A DNA stretch of 64,000 nt from an uncultured Candidatus Saccharibacteria bacterium (GCA_949480205.1 CASXXK010000002.1:1017-65016); one strand, 5' to 3'; counted from the stretch's first letter, positions 20,216 through 31,279 are shown. Made by a program: numbers and translations. The notes: generated by a model from the letters alone, not told the origin.

Positions 20216-20361
20216 TAATCCTGTGTCGGGACCAGGCACAAGTGCTTTTCTCAGACCCGTCGCGACCAACGGGGAGCGCTTTAAGCGCAGCTCCACCCGT
20301 AACGACGGGCTGGAGCAAGCGGTCTGAGAAAAAACTTGAGACTGGTAGACGACACGGGTTA
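20216..20361. repeat. Long palindromic element
   Basis: ttttctcagacc / ggtctgagaaaa arms; cctgtgtcg / cgacacggg outer arms. Confidence 0.8.
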
Positions 20362-20367
20362 ACTTTT

Positions 20368-20943
20368 CTAACGCTGCGGCAAATAATATGGCTGCAGCAC
20401 ATTCCCTGCCAAAAGTTCGGCATAAGTCTGCATCATAAAAGTTTCCAGCCCCAGCAGTTGCAAAGTCTCAAACAACGTTACACGCACCGCATCAACCGGC
20501 ACGGTTTCGTCAGCTATCTCCACCTCCAACTTCAAAAACGCACCATCAATCCCCTCTACCGTGTCTAAGTACAGCACTGTATGCCCATCCAGCTGCAAAG
20601 TCTGACGCTGTCGGCTCACATTCGCCGCCTCACGGTAGCCCAGCTGCTTAATCATCTCAATTGTCTCAGCATAATCCCCCACCGTCGTCATATGCACAAA
20701 ATCCAAGCCACTATCTTCAATGTGTCGCTTCAAATATAAATAATATGTTGCCGGCTCATCCGTCTGTGCTACCTCTGTACGCAAAATCAAACGCGCTTGA
20801 TTTGTCCCAGGACGAAAATCATTTGGCCAATAAATTCGCTCAGTCTGCCACACCGCCGGCGAAAACTCCATACCAATATTAGCTACTTTTTTCTCCAACT
20901 TTGCTCGATCCGGCACTTGGCTTTTTAGCACAATCTTCTTCAT
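20368..20943 (-). CDS. CYTH-domain (CyaB-like) protein
   Basis: Degenerate ExExK N-terminus, LILR, KRH, LYLDTVEGIDGAFLKLEVE, C-terminal TYAELL. Confidence 0.75.
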   Translation of the reverse strand: MKKIVLKSQVPDRAKLEKKVANIGMEFSPAVWQTERIYWPNDFRPGTNQARLILRTEVAQTDEPATYYLYLKRHIEDSGLDFVHMTTVGDYAETIEMIKQLGYREAANVSRQRQTLQLDGHTVLYLDTVEGIDGAFLKLEVEIADETVPVDAVRVTLFETLQLLGLETFMMQTYAELLAGNVLQPYYLPQR

Positions 20944-20970
20944 ACTCTTATTATAACACTAACAAGAACA

Positions 20971-21000
20971 GCCCGATAGTCACAAAACCGACTATCGGGC
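20971..21000 (-). terminator. Intrinsic terminator
   Basis: gcccgatagtc..gactatcgggc after upp. Confidence 0.7.
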
Positions 21001-21022
21001 CTTACTTTTGCCACGTGGCAAA

Positions 21023-21769
21023 CTACTTCGTACCATCGAGTCTGTCGCCCATATCGCCTGCGCCTGGAACGATATAATAATTTTCATTCAAGCCTTTATC
21101 CACTACGCCAAGATACAAATCAACGTCCGGATGTTCCCGTCGTAGCACTTCGATTCCCTCCCACACCGAAAAGATACAGGCGAAATGAATCTTCTTACAC
21201 CCATACTCCTTCAATAATCGAATTGCCTCAGCCGCCGACCAGCCAGTCGCCAACATCGGATCCAAAATAAAGGCCTCTCGCTCCGGCATATCCTCCGGCA
21301 TTTTATGAAAATACACCACCGGATGCTCAATGTCGTCCGGATTACGATGCATACCGATGGTTCCCACTTTGGCTGACGGCATCATCATGTCCAGTACAGC
21401 GTCCACCATCGTATCGCCCGCCCGCAGGATCTTCACAAGAACCAGCTTTTTACCTGACAGTTCCGGCGCCTCAGTTTTCTCTAACGGGGTCTTTACCGTG
21501 ATTGTCTGCAAAGGCAAATTACGTGTCATTTCATAAAAAATTAACGTTGCGATCTCGCGCACCAACTCCCGCATATCACGCTTTCCGGTCTCAGCCTTCC
21601 GCGCCAGCGTAATCTTATGTTGAATTACTGGGTGCATCATCACATGAATCATCGGATCTTTCCGAATCTTCGCCATCGTCTCAGCCGCCACCGGCATCCT
21701 TATGCCATTGCGCCCCCATACAAAAGCCTCCATGCCTTTCTCGGTCGGATAAAAATCATCAGCTCCCAT
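21023..21769 (-). CDS. upp: Uracil phosphoribosyltransferase with N-terminal extension
   Basis: HPVIQHK, ILRAG, DPMLATG, YIVPGAGDMGDR; SD GGAGG. Confidence 0.92.
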   Translation of the reverse strand: MGADDFYPTEKGMEAFVWGRNGIRMPVAAETMAKIRKDPMIHVMMHPVIQHKITLARKAETGKRDMRELVREIATLIFYEMTRNLPLQTITVKTPLEKTEAPELSGKKLVLVKILRAGDTMVDAVLDMMMPSAKVGTIGMHRNPDDIEHPVVYFHKMPEDMPEREAFILDPMLATGWSAAEAIRLLKEYGCKKIHFACIFSVWEGIEVLRREHPDVDLYLGVVDKGLNENYYIVPGAGDMGDRLDGTK

Positions 21770-21934
21770 AACACTTCCTCCTGCGTATGCGCGCCCGCCC
21801 AAATTTAGCCAAACTGGGGTAACTATTGGTACATCTTAAATTACTGCTTCATCCCCTATTCAGCCATTGAGACTAATTTATCACAAATACAAGAAAAATC
21901 AAACTAGAGCTCAATCTAGCAGAGCCATGTCTAC

Positions 21935-21963
21935 ATACTAGCACACCATAAGCTTTTTGTCAA
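21935..21963 (-). promoter_or_regulatory. sigma70 promoter of the upp unit
   Basis: TTGACA-17-TAGTAT with gtgtgc extended element. Confidence 0.6.
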
Positions 21964-22027
21964 CACTTATGCTTGCCTTATCAAATTCGCTTTGCTAGAA
22001 TAAAAACAAATTAACTGGAGTGTAAGT

Positions 22028-22858
22028 ATGTTGGGACGTCTTTCCCTAATCGGTGCAATGGTATTAACCTTAAGCGTGAACCTTATCGGCACAAACAATG
22101 CCTCTGCTGCTACCAATCCCACCTCCGTCAACGACACCACACGCCCCAGTTTATCGGAATTGCAGTCTGCCGTTCTGCGTCTTGAGTCGCTTGGTGATTA
22201 TCAAACCTATTTTGGGCCCCACTCCAGCGCTACCTTCGACAATAAAGTTCCCCACTACCAAGAATATCTCTATCTTTACAACCTCGTACACTCCGTCCAA
22301 ACTTTGATTAATCATTACGACGATACGACCTACCTCGTTAATCATCGGATTTCTGACCAAACTTTTCAAGATGCACTAATCGAAATGCAGCACGCTTATC
22401 GCGGTTGCAGCCTCATTTTAGGTCTCAACCGCGATAGCACTAGTGCTAAAACTGAAACCACAGTCACGCCAAGCACAGATAGCGCTACTCAACCCACCAA
22501 AGCTCCAGCCAAAACCAAAGCAGAAGCCGCTACGATCACAAACAACACGTCAGCCAAGGCCACCGCTACGACTAATACTTCTAGCAATTCTGCCGGTGTC
22601 ACCGCCGAAGTTGTTAAAGCCGATGCTCCATCAGAAACTACTCAAACTCCAACCACCACACCAGAAGCTGACGCAGAGCCAACAGCTGATACCAACGACA
22701 TCGAAGTCCCCGCTACTGGTTCTCTTACCAACCGTCAAGTTTCTTGGCCGGCTCTCATCGCCGTCGTAGTGACAGCTGCTGCCGTAGCCTCCATCATCAT
22801 CGCCGTCATTATTCGCCGCGAACCACGTCGCGCTCCATCAGCTCGCCGTCGCCGCTAA
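22028..22858 (+). CDS. Secreted Thr/Ala-rich surface protein with sortase-like signal
   Basis: Signal peptide; VPATG + TM + Arg-rich tail. Confidence 0.75.
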   Translation: MLGRLSLIGAMVLTLSVNLIGTNNASAATNPTSVNDTTRPSLSELQSAVLRLESLGDYQTYFGPHSSATFDNKVPHYQEYLYLYNLVHSVQTLINHYDDTTYLVNHRISDQTFQDALIEMQHAYRGCSLILGLNRDSTSAKTETTVTPSTDSATQPTKAPAKTKAEAATITNNTSAKATATTNTSSNSAGVTAEVVKADAPSETTQTPTTTPEADAEPTADTNDIEVPATGSLTNRQVSWPALIAVVVTAAAVASIIIAVIIRREPRRAPSARRRR

Positions 22859-22867
22859 TTGCTGAAC

Positions 22868-23284
22868 TCAGAGCCTTTCGCCTTGTCGAGCCCGATTAGC
22901 CCATTCATCGGCCAACTCATTCTCAGCCGTGCCAACGTGCCCCCGCACCCATACCAGCTCAACTGGATTCTCCTGGTACAAGGCATACAATTTCTGTACT
23001 AAATCCAAATTCGCGATTTCACCCGACTTCTTACGCCAGCCATTTCGCGCCCAGCCTGGCGCCCATTTTGTTAAGACATTAATCCAAAACTCCGAATCGC
23101 TATGAATCTCACACGGCTCACCCGCCGCGTATTCAATCGCCGCAATCATTGCCCGACCTTCCATACGAATATTCGTCGTCTGTGGCTCCTGTCCCAATGC
23201 CACTGGCTTCCCCTTCTCCAACACCGCAAATCCCCCTGGCCCTGGATTAGGGCTAGCACTACCATCAGTCCACAAAACTTTCAT
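22868..23284 (-). CDS. rnhA: Ribonuclease HI
   Basis: TDGSASPNPGPGG, TTNIRME, SDSE, WVRGH, NELAD. Confidence 0.95.
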   Translation of the reverse strand: MKVLWTDGSASPNPGPGGFAVLEKGKPVALGQEPQTTNIRMEGRAMIAAIEYAAGEPCEIHSDSEFWINVLTKWAPGWARNGWRKKSGEIANLDLVQKLYALYQENPVELVWVRGHVGTAENELADEWANRARQGERL

Positions 23285-23414
23285 CTTCCTCCTTCATTTT
23301 CCCCATTATAGCATGTATGTTATAATGGGCGGGTGAATTCTCACAAAAATTCAGGCTCTTTTGAAATTTGTTTTTGTCTCAACGGAGCCAATCATGTCCT
23401 AAGGAGGTTCTACC

Positions 23415-24338
23415 ATGAAACCATTAAATTATTGCGCAAATACACCTCAGAAAATCGCTGCACTAGCAGCTTGCACTCCAGACGATGTCCAGCAGTACCT
23501 ACAGCTCTGCTTAGAAATTTCCGCAACACATACCGCACATAACGTTCTGGCATTTCCTTACGATTTTTCTGTCAACCCCTATGCCGTGTTTTACCACTGG
23601 CTCGAACAAGCCAAATTCCAAATTCATCCCGAATTTAGTACGGAGGAAATCTCACAATTGCGGCATTTAGCCACGCTTAGCGTTAAGGAATTCCGTAGCC
23701 AAAAAGTCGATTCCCGACAGCTGTTCCAGTCCAATCCACCCAGTACTAATCCCTTTTTACTCAACTTCAGCCAAATTTATGCGCTTCATTTAGCATTAGA
23801 CAGCTTGCATGTTTACAATTTTTACTTAGAAAATTATATTCATGAAAGCCGTCACTTGCGCGCTGCCATCCATAATGATCAGCAACGTTCAGAAAGCTCT
23901 CCCTTGCAACACTGGCATCGCAGGTTTGCTCGTCGCAGTGCTGCCGAAAGTAATTATAACTTCTATGTCCGCAGCATTCTTCTACGTGAAGCCGTCGATG
24001 ATGGGCTCACACCTTTTATGCATCAAATGCATTATAGCTACGAGCATCCCTTCCGACATTACCATCCGGTACTAAAATCGGTAACCTGTATTAACGCCAT
24101 CGAAGCTTTCTTGGAAAATCAGAAACTCGCTAAGAAATTAAAACGTTACCGTTATTACCATTTCTTGCAACCCACGACAGCTGAGCAAAAGTTCTTCCAC
24201 GAATTACGCAATGAGCACATTGATTTTACACATCAAGAATTACTGACGGCAGGCTCAGAAAAACTCTATACTGCCGTCGAATTGGACGGCAAACTTAGCC
24301 AACACGTTGCGACAATTCTGCAGCATCACGCAGTTTAA
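23415..24338 (+). CDS. Hypothetical protein (accessory)
   Basis: 307-aa ORF, SD AAGGAGG, terminator hairpin at 24353-24379. Confidence 0.75.
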   Translation: MKPLNYCANTPQKIAALAACTPDDVQQYLQLCLEISATHTAHNVLAFPYDFSVNPYAVFYHWLEQAKFQIHPEFSTEEISQLRHLATLSVKEFRSQKVDSRQLFQSNPPSTNPFLLNFSQIYALHLALDSLHVYNFYLENYIHESRHLRAAIHNDQQRSESSPLQHWHRRFARRSAAESNYNFYVRSILLREAVDDGLTPFMHQMHYSYEHPFRHYHPVLKSVTCINAIEAFLENQKLAKKLKRYRYYHFLQPTTAEQKFFHELRNEHIDFTHQELLTAGSEKLYTAVELDGKLSQHVATILQHHAV

Positions 24339-24457
24339 CAAATTTCACCTCAAAGTGTCCATCAAATCGATGGACACTTATTTTTCTATCTTTAGTTATC
24401 TACTATTACCTCAAAAACGCTCTGAGTTCTCATCAGCTTACCACTATACTATCACAC

Positions 24458-25051
24458 TTATGCTATTTTGTCAATAATCTCGTCCACAATCCCGTAGGCT
24501 TTCGCCTCTTCGGCGCTCATCCAGTTATCTCGGTCCATATCCTTCTCTACTTGCTTCAAGTCTTTACCGGTATTCTGCGCAAAAATCTCCGCCAAACGCT
24601 TCTTCAGGAATAATCCTTCACGCAGTTCAATCTCTTGATCCGTCATCTTCCCTGGCGTGCCACCGGAACTTGGCTGATGAATCATAATCCGTGAGTTTGG
24701 CAACACAAACCGTTTACCCTTAGCGCCACAGCTAAGTAACATTGCCCCCATCGAAGCTTGCAAACCAATCCCAATCGTCTGCACATCTGGACGAATATAA
24801 TTCATCGTGTCAATAATCGCCAAACCATCATAAACTGAGCCACCAGGAGAGTTGATATAGAGTTTGATATCACGCTTAGGGTCTTCGCTCGCCAAGAATA
24901 ATAGCTGCGCCACAACCAAATTTGCCGTCTCGGGCGTCACTTGGTCACCCAAGAACACAATTCGTTCTTTCAACAAGCGCGAATAAATATCAAACGCGCG
25001 CTCACCTTTATTGGTTTCCTCCACTACGGTTGGTACTAGATAATTCTTCAT
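24458..25051 (-). CDS. clpP: ATP-dependent Clp protease proteolytic subunit
   Basis: [28 protein letters not shown]. Confidence 0.97.
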   Translation of the reverse strand: MKNYLVPTVVEETNKGERAFDIYSRLLKERIVFLGDQVTPETANLVVAQLLFLASEDPKRDIKLYINSPGGSVYDGLAIIDTMNYIRPDVQTIGIGLQASMGAMLLSCGAKGKRFVLPNSRIMIHQPSSGGTPGKMTDQEIELREGLFLKKRLAEIFAQNTGKDLKQVEKDMDRDNWMSAEEAKAYGIVDEIIDKIA

Positions 25052-25062
25052 ATTTTCCTTTC

Positions 25063-26043
25063 TTACTTTATCGTTTCAACTAACTTAACATTTGAATTCA
25101 TAGCGTTGCTGAGCTCACCCAATTGCGCTCGACGTTCCCGATAATCCTGCACCCGCTGATTGTTTTCAGCAATTTTCGCATTCAATTCGGTTCGCATATT
25201 TTCTAACGCCGTTCGCTCAGCCAACAATGCACTGCGTCGTCGCGTAAATTCAGCTTCCGTACTAAAACAATTCGCCGTCGCAGCACACTGGTTAAATTGG
25301 TCAATTCGCACATCCAAGTCTGCTAAATCTTGCAAATAAGACTCTCGCTCCGCCTCAATCTGCTGGCCAATTATGTCAATTTTTTCTACCAGCTCGTCCA
25401 TCTCTAGCTGCAAAGCCAAAAATGGGGCTTCGTAATCCTGATAAAACTGCACAATCTGTGCACGGTTACGAAAATATTTGGCATAATGCGCTTCTAGTTC
25501 CTCCGGTAAATCTGCCAACTTCGTACCGGCGCGTGTATACATTTCCTCAATCTTGTCAGCTTCGTCATATACTTCCAATTCACTATCAAACCATTCGCGA
25601 CGATCCTGATACAGTTGCTGCAACCACTCCGACACCTGATTACGCTCTCGCTTCCCCATGCGTTCCCATGCCGCATGCAACAATTCATGCGCTGCCGTTA
25701 CTTTATTGGCCGACTCTAGCTGGGACATTTGAATTTCGTAGATATATATCTTACCATCGGTATAACAACCCAGCAAAGAAACTTCAGCATCATGACTATT
25801 GCAATGTTCATTAAAATCGTCACTACTCTCCACCAATGGTTGCGTCGCCCGAAAAATTCGTCGCCCATCATCCGTCAAATCCAGATCTGCTTCAATCATC
25901 GCCACATTCAAGGCTGGCTCATATCCCCAACCTTTCAACGTATCCAGCAGCCAGGTTGATTGCAAAATCCCATACACCGCCAAACACAATACTGCCACCC
26001 CTACCCAAGCGTAGATCTGCCAAAAGGTTTTGGGCTTACTCAT
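25063..26043 (-). CDS. Membrane-anchored HExxH zincin-like protein with coiled-coil tail
   Basis: N-terminal [18 protein letters not shown]; C-terminal heptads. Confidence 0.7.
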   Translation of the reverse strand: MSKPKTFWQIYAWVGVAVLCLAVYGILQSTWLLDTLKGWGYEPALNVAMIEADLDLTDDGRRIFRATQPLVESSDDFNEHCNSHDAEVSLLGCYTDGKIYIYEIQMSQLESANKVTAAHELLHAAWERMGKRERNQVSEWLQQLYQDRREWFDSELEVYDEADKIEEMYTRAGTKLADLPEELEAHYAKYFRNRAQIVQFYQDYEAPFLALQLEMDELVEKIDIIGQQIEAERESYLQDLADLDVRIDQFNQCAATANCFSTEAEFTRRRSALLAERTALENMRTELNAKIAENNQRVQDYRERRAQLGELSNAMNSNVKLVETIK

Positions 26044-28522
26044 GCACCACCTTGAAAGTTAGTTTACGCTGACCAGATTTATTACTCTTGCTCAAACCTA
26101 CCGCCGCAATGTCGCCTGGTTGCAGCTCGCCCTCAATAATCTGTTCCGCAATCAAAGACTCTACTTCGTCTTCAATTACGCGTCTGAGCGGCCGCGCACC
26201 GTTTTTCGGGTCATAACCCTTGTCAATCAAGTATTTCTTAACCTCTGGCGTAATCTTGAGCCCCAATTTCTTGGCCGCTAAGCGTTTACGCAACTCTTCC
26301 AAGAGGTTGTCAAAAATCCGCTCCACATTATCGTGCGTCAACGGATGAAAAACGATAATACTGTCCAAACGATTAATCAGCTCTGGCTTCATTACCTTTT
26401 TCAGCTCGCGCATCGCCGTTTCTTTACTCTCTTCGTATTCTTCGTTTAGCTCACGCTTCTGCTGTGAATCTTTGGCCACAAATCCCAATTCGCTTTCACG
26501 ATACATCTCACCCGCGCCTAGGTTGGAGGTCAAAATCACCACCGCATTATTAAACTTCACCTTATTTCCCTGTCCATCGGTCAAAACGCCATCTTCTAGG
26601 ATTTGCAACAGCATATTAAAAACATCTGGATGCGCCTTTTCAATCTCATCAAATAGAATCACACTGTATGGCCGACGGCGCACAGCTTCAGTCAACTTGC
26701 CGCCATCTTCGTACCCCACATAACCCGCCGGAGCACCCACCAAGCGCGAAACATTATGTTTCTCCCCAAACTCACTCATGTCAATCTTAATCAAAGCATT
26801 TTCCCCACCAAATACCTCACGTGCAATCACGCGTGCCAACTCCGTCTTACCTACGCCGGTTGGCCCCATAAAGAGGAATGAGCCAATTGGCCGATTAGGA
26901 TTGGCAATCCCGCTCCGTCCGCGCCGAATCGCCCGCGATACCACGGTAATCGCTTCGTTCTGACCAATCACTGCCTTTTTCAAATGATCTTCTAGCTTGC
27001 TCAATAGCTGCAATTCCGAACCATGCACCTTTGACACTGGAATACCAGTTTTCAAGCTCACCGCCAAAGCCAAATCATCCTCTGCCAGCACTGGCATTTT
27101 CTCGACGCCTTTTTTCTTGTATTTCTTCAGTTCGGCTTTCAACTGTTCAGCTTTAGTCTTACACAGCGCCGCTGCCTCAAAATCCTCTTTTTCGGCCATT
27201 TCCGCCATTTTGTCCTCGGCATCCTTCAACTGCACCCGCAACTTTTTATATTCCGAACCGCCGTTCTTATCTGCCGCCACTTTAGCAATCGCTGCCGCTT
27301 CATCAATCACGTCAATCACCTTGTCAGGCATAAACCGATCATTAATATATCGTCCCGACATATTAATCGCCACTTCCAGCATCTCATCTGGAATTTCTAC
27401 GCCATGGTGCTTCTCGTAATGACCTTTCACCCCCTTAAGAATCTTAAAAGTCACCTCTGGACTCGGCTCTTCCACCATCACCGTCTGGAAACGGCGGCTC
27501 AAGGCCTTATCTTTCTCGATATTCTTGCGATACTCATCCAAGGTTGTCGCACCAATCAATTGCAACTGCCCACGCGCCAAAGCTGGCTTAAGAATATTTG
27601 CCGCATCCATCGAACCCTCACCCGCGCCTGCACCGGTCAACAAATGCAGCTCGTCAATGAACAGAATCACATCATCGTTCTCTACTGCCTCGTCAATCAC
27701 GCCTTTAATGCGTTCCTCAAATTCACCCCGAAATTTAGTGCCCGCCACCATCGTCGACAGGTCCACTTGAATAATCCGCTTACCAATCAATACGCCCGGT
27801 ACGTCATTTTTGACCATGCGTTCAGCCAAACCTTCCACAATGGCAGTTTTACCTACACCAGCTTCACCAATCAACACCGGATTAGACTTGGTACGGCGAC
27901 TCAAAACTGTCACTACACGTTCAATTTCGCGCTCACGCCCAATCACCGTGTCCAACTTATCCTCTTTAGCTAACTCCGTCAAATCCGTGCCAAACCGCTT
28001 CAACCACTTGAGTGGTGTCTTTTTGAATTCTTTTTTCTTCCTCTGATTTTGTTCACGCTGCACCCGCGTATCAATCTCAGCCTCTAGTGCTTTCATCACG
28101 TCATCATGCTCTACGCCTAACTTCTGCAACAATACTGCACCTCGCGAGTTTGGCTGCGTCAACAAGGCATACAATAAATATTCTGTGCCAATTGCGCTCA
28201 CATTACGCTCGGTAGCAAAATGCCCCGCCATCCGAATCGTGAGTACTGCCGACTCTGACAACGACATCATCGCCATTGGCGAATCTGTATTAACCTCCGT
28301 CGCCTCTTGCCCCAAAGCTTTCTCAGCCTTTTCCAAATCCACACCAAACCGGCCCAGAATTCGTGCTCCAGTCGACATATCCTGCGCCAAAATTCCCAGC
28401 AGAATATGCTCAGTCCCCATATAACCGCCGTTATACTTCTTACTGAACATATCGGCTTTTTGCAAAGCAAAACGCGCATTTTCCGACAATTTATTCATCA
28501 TTTCACTAAAATCATTATCCAT
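26036..28522 (-). CDS. clpC: ClpC/ClpB-family AAA+ chaperone
   Basis: Clp-N repeats, [11 protein letters not shown]-like linker, [19 protein letters not shown](A) loop. Confidence 0.93.
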   Translation of the reverse strand: MDNDFSEMMNKLSENARFALQKADMFSKKYNGGYMGTEHILLGILAQDMSTGARILGRFGVDLEKAEKALGQEATEVNTDSPMAMMSLSESAVLTIRMAGHFATERNVSAIGTEYLLYALLTQPNSRGAVLLQKLGVEHDDVMKALEAEIDTRVQREQNQRKKKEFKKTPLKWLKRFGTDLTELAKEDKLDTVIGREREIERVVTVLSRRTKSNPVLIGEAGVGKTAIVEGLAERMVKNDVPGVLIGKRIIQVDLSTMVAGTKFRGEFEERIKGVIDEAVENDDVILFIDELHLLTGAGAGEGSMDAANILKPALARGQLQLIGATTLDEYRKNIEKDKALSRRFQTVMVEEPSPEVTFKILKGVKGHYEKHHGVEIPDEMLEVAINMSGRYINDRFMPDKVIDVIDEAAAIAKVAADKNGGSEYKKLRVQLKDAEDKMAEMAEKEDFEAAALCKTKAEQLKAELKKYKKKGVEKMPVLAEDDLALAVSLKTGIPVSKVHGSELQLLSKLEDHLKKAVIGQNEAITVVSRAIRRGRSGIANPNRPIGSFLFMGPTGVGKTELARVIAREVFGGENALIKIDMSEFGEKHNVSRLVGAPAGYVGYEDGGKLTEAVRRRPYSVILFDEIEKAHPDVFNMLLQILEDGVLTDGQGNKVKFNNAVVILTSNLGAGEMYRESELGFVAKDSQQKRELNEEYEESKETAMRELKKVMKPELINRLDSIIVFHPLTHDNVERIFDNLLEELRKRLAAKKLGLKITPEVKKYLIDKGYDPKNGARPLRRVIEDEVESLIAEQIIEGELQPGDIAAVGLSKSNKSGQRKLTFKVVHE

Positions 28523-28542
28523 AGTACCTCTATTGTACTCGA

Positions 28543-28569
28543 TTAGCACTCACATGTCAACAGTGCTAA
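28543..28569. promoter_or_regulatory. CIRCE (HrcA operator) overlapping the clpC promoter
   Basis: TTAGCACTC-N9-CAGTGCTAA (1 mismatch); covers the -35 TTGACA at 28555-28560, with -10 TACAAT at 28532-28537. Confidence 0.85.
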
Positions 28570-28584
28570 AAACCACTTTCCTTA

Positions 28585-28613
28585 TTGACTTTTTCAGCAA
28601 TCTATGATACAAT
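28585..28613 (+). promoter_or_regulatory. Accessory-type strong sigma70 promoter
   Basis: TTGACTttttcagcaatctatgaTACAAT. Confidence 0.8.
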
Positions 28614-28762
28614 AGAAGTATGGGCAGCAATACCCTTAGTTCTTTAAGTTTTAGAGTGATTTTGTCTGCCAAATAAGTACCCCCCCCCCAGCAGAAATTT
28701 TCTACTGAGAGTGGGCTATTTTATGTCACTGTCAACCAGCACCCACAAAGGAGATCATTATC

Positions 28763-29323
28763 ATGATAACCAAGACTATCTTTTTTGAACCCGCAATCAC
28801 GCATTGCGAACACAACTCATCCGAAAGCGGCAGGACGCTGGAAGAAGTTATTCGCAATATCCGTCACCAACCCTATGAAATCGTAGCCATCTTCGATGCT
28901 TGCGGAAATAAAATCTGCGAACACACCAATCATCAGGAAGAATATACCGCTTTTGCTATTCCTGAGCAATGGGCATCGGCCGCCAGTCTCATGGTACACA
29001 ACCATTTAGTTGACGGTACGTTTTCACCTCAAGATTTAGTCAGCAATGCGATGACCAACGTCTGCATTAGCATCATTGCATCACCATCCTGCAACTTCTA
29101 TCTTTTCAGGCCTCTCACCGGCTGGCCGGATACAATCGGAGAAATAGCCGAAGAATACGACACCATTACACAATTATTACAGCGTAATCCGCATCACGAC
29201 TATAACTTCGAGACCGCCCGTCACCTCGCTTTGCTCAAGGTTACCCAACACTATGGGATAAAATATCGGGTTGAAGCTATCAACGGGACCACCTTGCCAG
29301 ACGCATTTTCTGTCAGCGCCTAA
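28763..29323 (+). CDS. JAB/MPN-like metalloenzyme (phage-type), accessory
   Basis: N-terminal E (YE) and HNHxxxxxFSxxD motif; terminator at 29330-29359. Confidence 0.55.
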   Translation: MITKTIFFEPAITHCEHNSSESGRTLEEVIRNIRHQPYEIVAIFDACGNKICEHTNHQEEYTAFAIPEQWASAASLMVHNHLVDGTFSPQDLVSNAMTNVCISIIASPSCNFYLFRPLTGWPDTIGEIAEEYDTITQLLQRNPHHDYNFETARHLALLKVTQHYGIKYRVEAINGTTLPDAFSVSA

Positions 29324-29380
29324 TCACTCTAAGTCCACTAGCCTCAGTTAGTGGACTTATTTTTATAGTATAATAGAACA

Positions 29381-30157
29381 ATGAATCCCAAAATCGGCAT
29401 TTTTGACTCTGGCAGCGGCGGATTATCTACTCTGGCTGCCATTCGCGAACTATTACCTAATGCCGAATACTATTATATCGGCGACGTCGCGCACTGCCCT
29501 TACGGGACCAAAACCCCCACAGAATTACTCGAAATTACTTCTTCCGTCGTCTCTCGACTCCAAGAATGGGGCGCTACAATTGTCGTAATTGCCTGCAATA
29601 CCGCCACCACTCGTTGCATTCACCAGTTACGCCAGCGCTTCCCTAACATCACTTTCGTCGGCACCGAACCTGCACTTAAAGTCGCTCATGACAATAGTTT
29701 TCATCATCCCCTACTATTATGTACGCCAGCCACTGCGCGCGCAAAATCCGTGCAACGCTTAATTCACCAAAACTATCCCGATTCTCCGCTCTTTATTGGA
29801 GATAACTCACCTTTTTCAGATACTCAACCAAACAAGGCCAATCAGGTGACAATCTTGCCTTGCGTTGGGCTAGCTGACACCATCGAAAACGCACTCACAA
29901 ATCCAAAAGAAATCCAATTAGCATCTGGCGATACTTTACCAGATTTTTCTATACCAGATTCCGCTGAACCAATCATCAACGCCAAGTTACAGGCACTCTT
30001 TAACGAATTACCCAATCAGCAATTCGACTGCGTAGTTTTGGGATGCACACATTATGTTCTTATTGCCAATCTCATCCAAAAATTCTTCCCTACCGTCAAA
30101 CTAATTGATGGCAATGCCGGCGTGGCCCGATACGTCGCCAAATTTTTGCATAACTAG
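29381..30157 (+). CDS. murI: Glutamate racemase
   Basis: IGIFDSGSGG, PYG, IACNTA, LGCTHY. Confidence 0.95.
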   Translation: MNPKIGIFDSGSGGLSTLAAIRELLPNAEYYYIGDVAHCPYGTKTPTELLEITSSVVSRLQEWGATIVVIACNTATTRCIHQLRQRFPNITFVGTEPALKVAHDNSFHHPLLLCTPATARAKSVQRLIHQNYPDSPLFIGDNSPFSDTQPNKANQVTILPCVGLADTIENALTNPKEIQLASGDTLPDFSIPDSAEPIINAKLQALFNELPNQQFDCVVLGCTHYVLIANLIQKFFPTVKLIDGNAGVARYVAKFLHN

Positions 30158-30259
30158 ACTAACCAAAAACATCCCCGTTACGCATTTTATTTCGCTTATG
30201 CTATAATCGAATTGTAATTTTTGTACATTACAATCTTCATCAAGAAAGAGGTGCTAGCT

Positions 30260-31279
30260 ATGAAAAGAAAAATGTTTTCCTACAGTATCCTAATTCTCGT
30301 TTTACTTTTCACTTGTAGTCTCGCAATCATCGGTTATGCCAATGTTTCTCATCTCAACCACGTCCAAGCTATTAGCTGCTATCTCCCCGCCGAGACCTTA
30401 CTTGATACCATCGCCGAAGAGTTGGATGTTTCGCCACAGGCTAACGACCTCGTTGAGGCTGGCATTCTTACTCCGTACGACCAATACATCCTTGAGTCCA
30501 ATGCGCCATTTTCCTTCTGTGACACCTTACAAATCCTTCTGCCAGTTTTTGGCATTTACCCCTATCCCGCCGAAATTGCTTACCCCGATTTTATGCCGTC
30601 TCAACCACTAAAATCCCCAGAGGCGCTTAATACTTGGGCTACCGCTGTTGACTATGGTATTGTTAGTCCACAGGATAACCCCAATCAGGCCACTACGGTC
30701 GCCGATTTCCAGAAATTCCTCTCTTACCTTCGTTCCCATAGCTTCACACCATCTCTCCCCGTTCAAACTAACTGTCCTTATATTAATCCTGACATGGAGT
30801 GGGATATTGTAACCTTTCGCGGTCGTAATTCCTTGCTTTCAGCATGGGAGCTCATCCCAGATTCTTGGCGCAAAGATTATATGGCAAATTCTTGGCAAAT
30901 CGTTTTTACCGTGACTACGCCCGCTTCAAATGGTGAACAGTTCAACGATGCCGCTGGTTTTATCGATTACATCGCACAAACCATCAACCTCGGAAACGAA
31001 CATCCTCAAGTCACTCTTCACGAATTCACGCATTACGCCGCTTACCGTGCCAATTGGCTTACCAACCGCTTAACGCCAGCATACACCGCCTAGGCTGATA
31101 TAGTTGAATCTTTCCTTGGAAGCTATTCACAAAGTAACCCCCGTGAATATCTTGCAGAATTTGTGAGTTATTGGTTATTAAACCCCAATCAGCAAACCAG
31201 GCTCAAGCAACTCGCTCCAGAAACAAGCTGCCTCACCATTGAACTTATTGAGCACTTCCCCGAACTCCTGTCTGCCTAA
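30260..31279 (+). pseudogene. Secreted ATLF/PPEP-like Zn peptidase interrupted by an in-frame TAG at 31091
   Basis: HEFTH before the stop; the same frame continues SYSQSNPREYLAEFVSYW..LKQLAPET to TAA 31279. Confidence 0.75.

Noticed and set aside
19996-20568. ORFs 19996..20568, 20196..20423, 37735..37968 and 37862..38209
   Set aside because: They are chance frames through palindromic elements or antisense to real genes.
31091-31093. Genome-wide stop-codon reassignment
   Set aside because: TAG and TGA terminate conserved genes at expected positions (topA, def and rpsU with TAG; rnhA and fmt with TGA).
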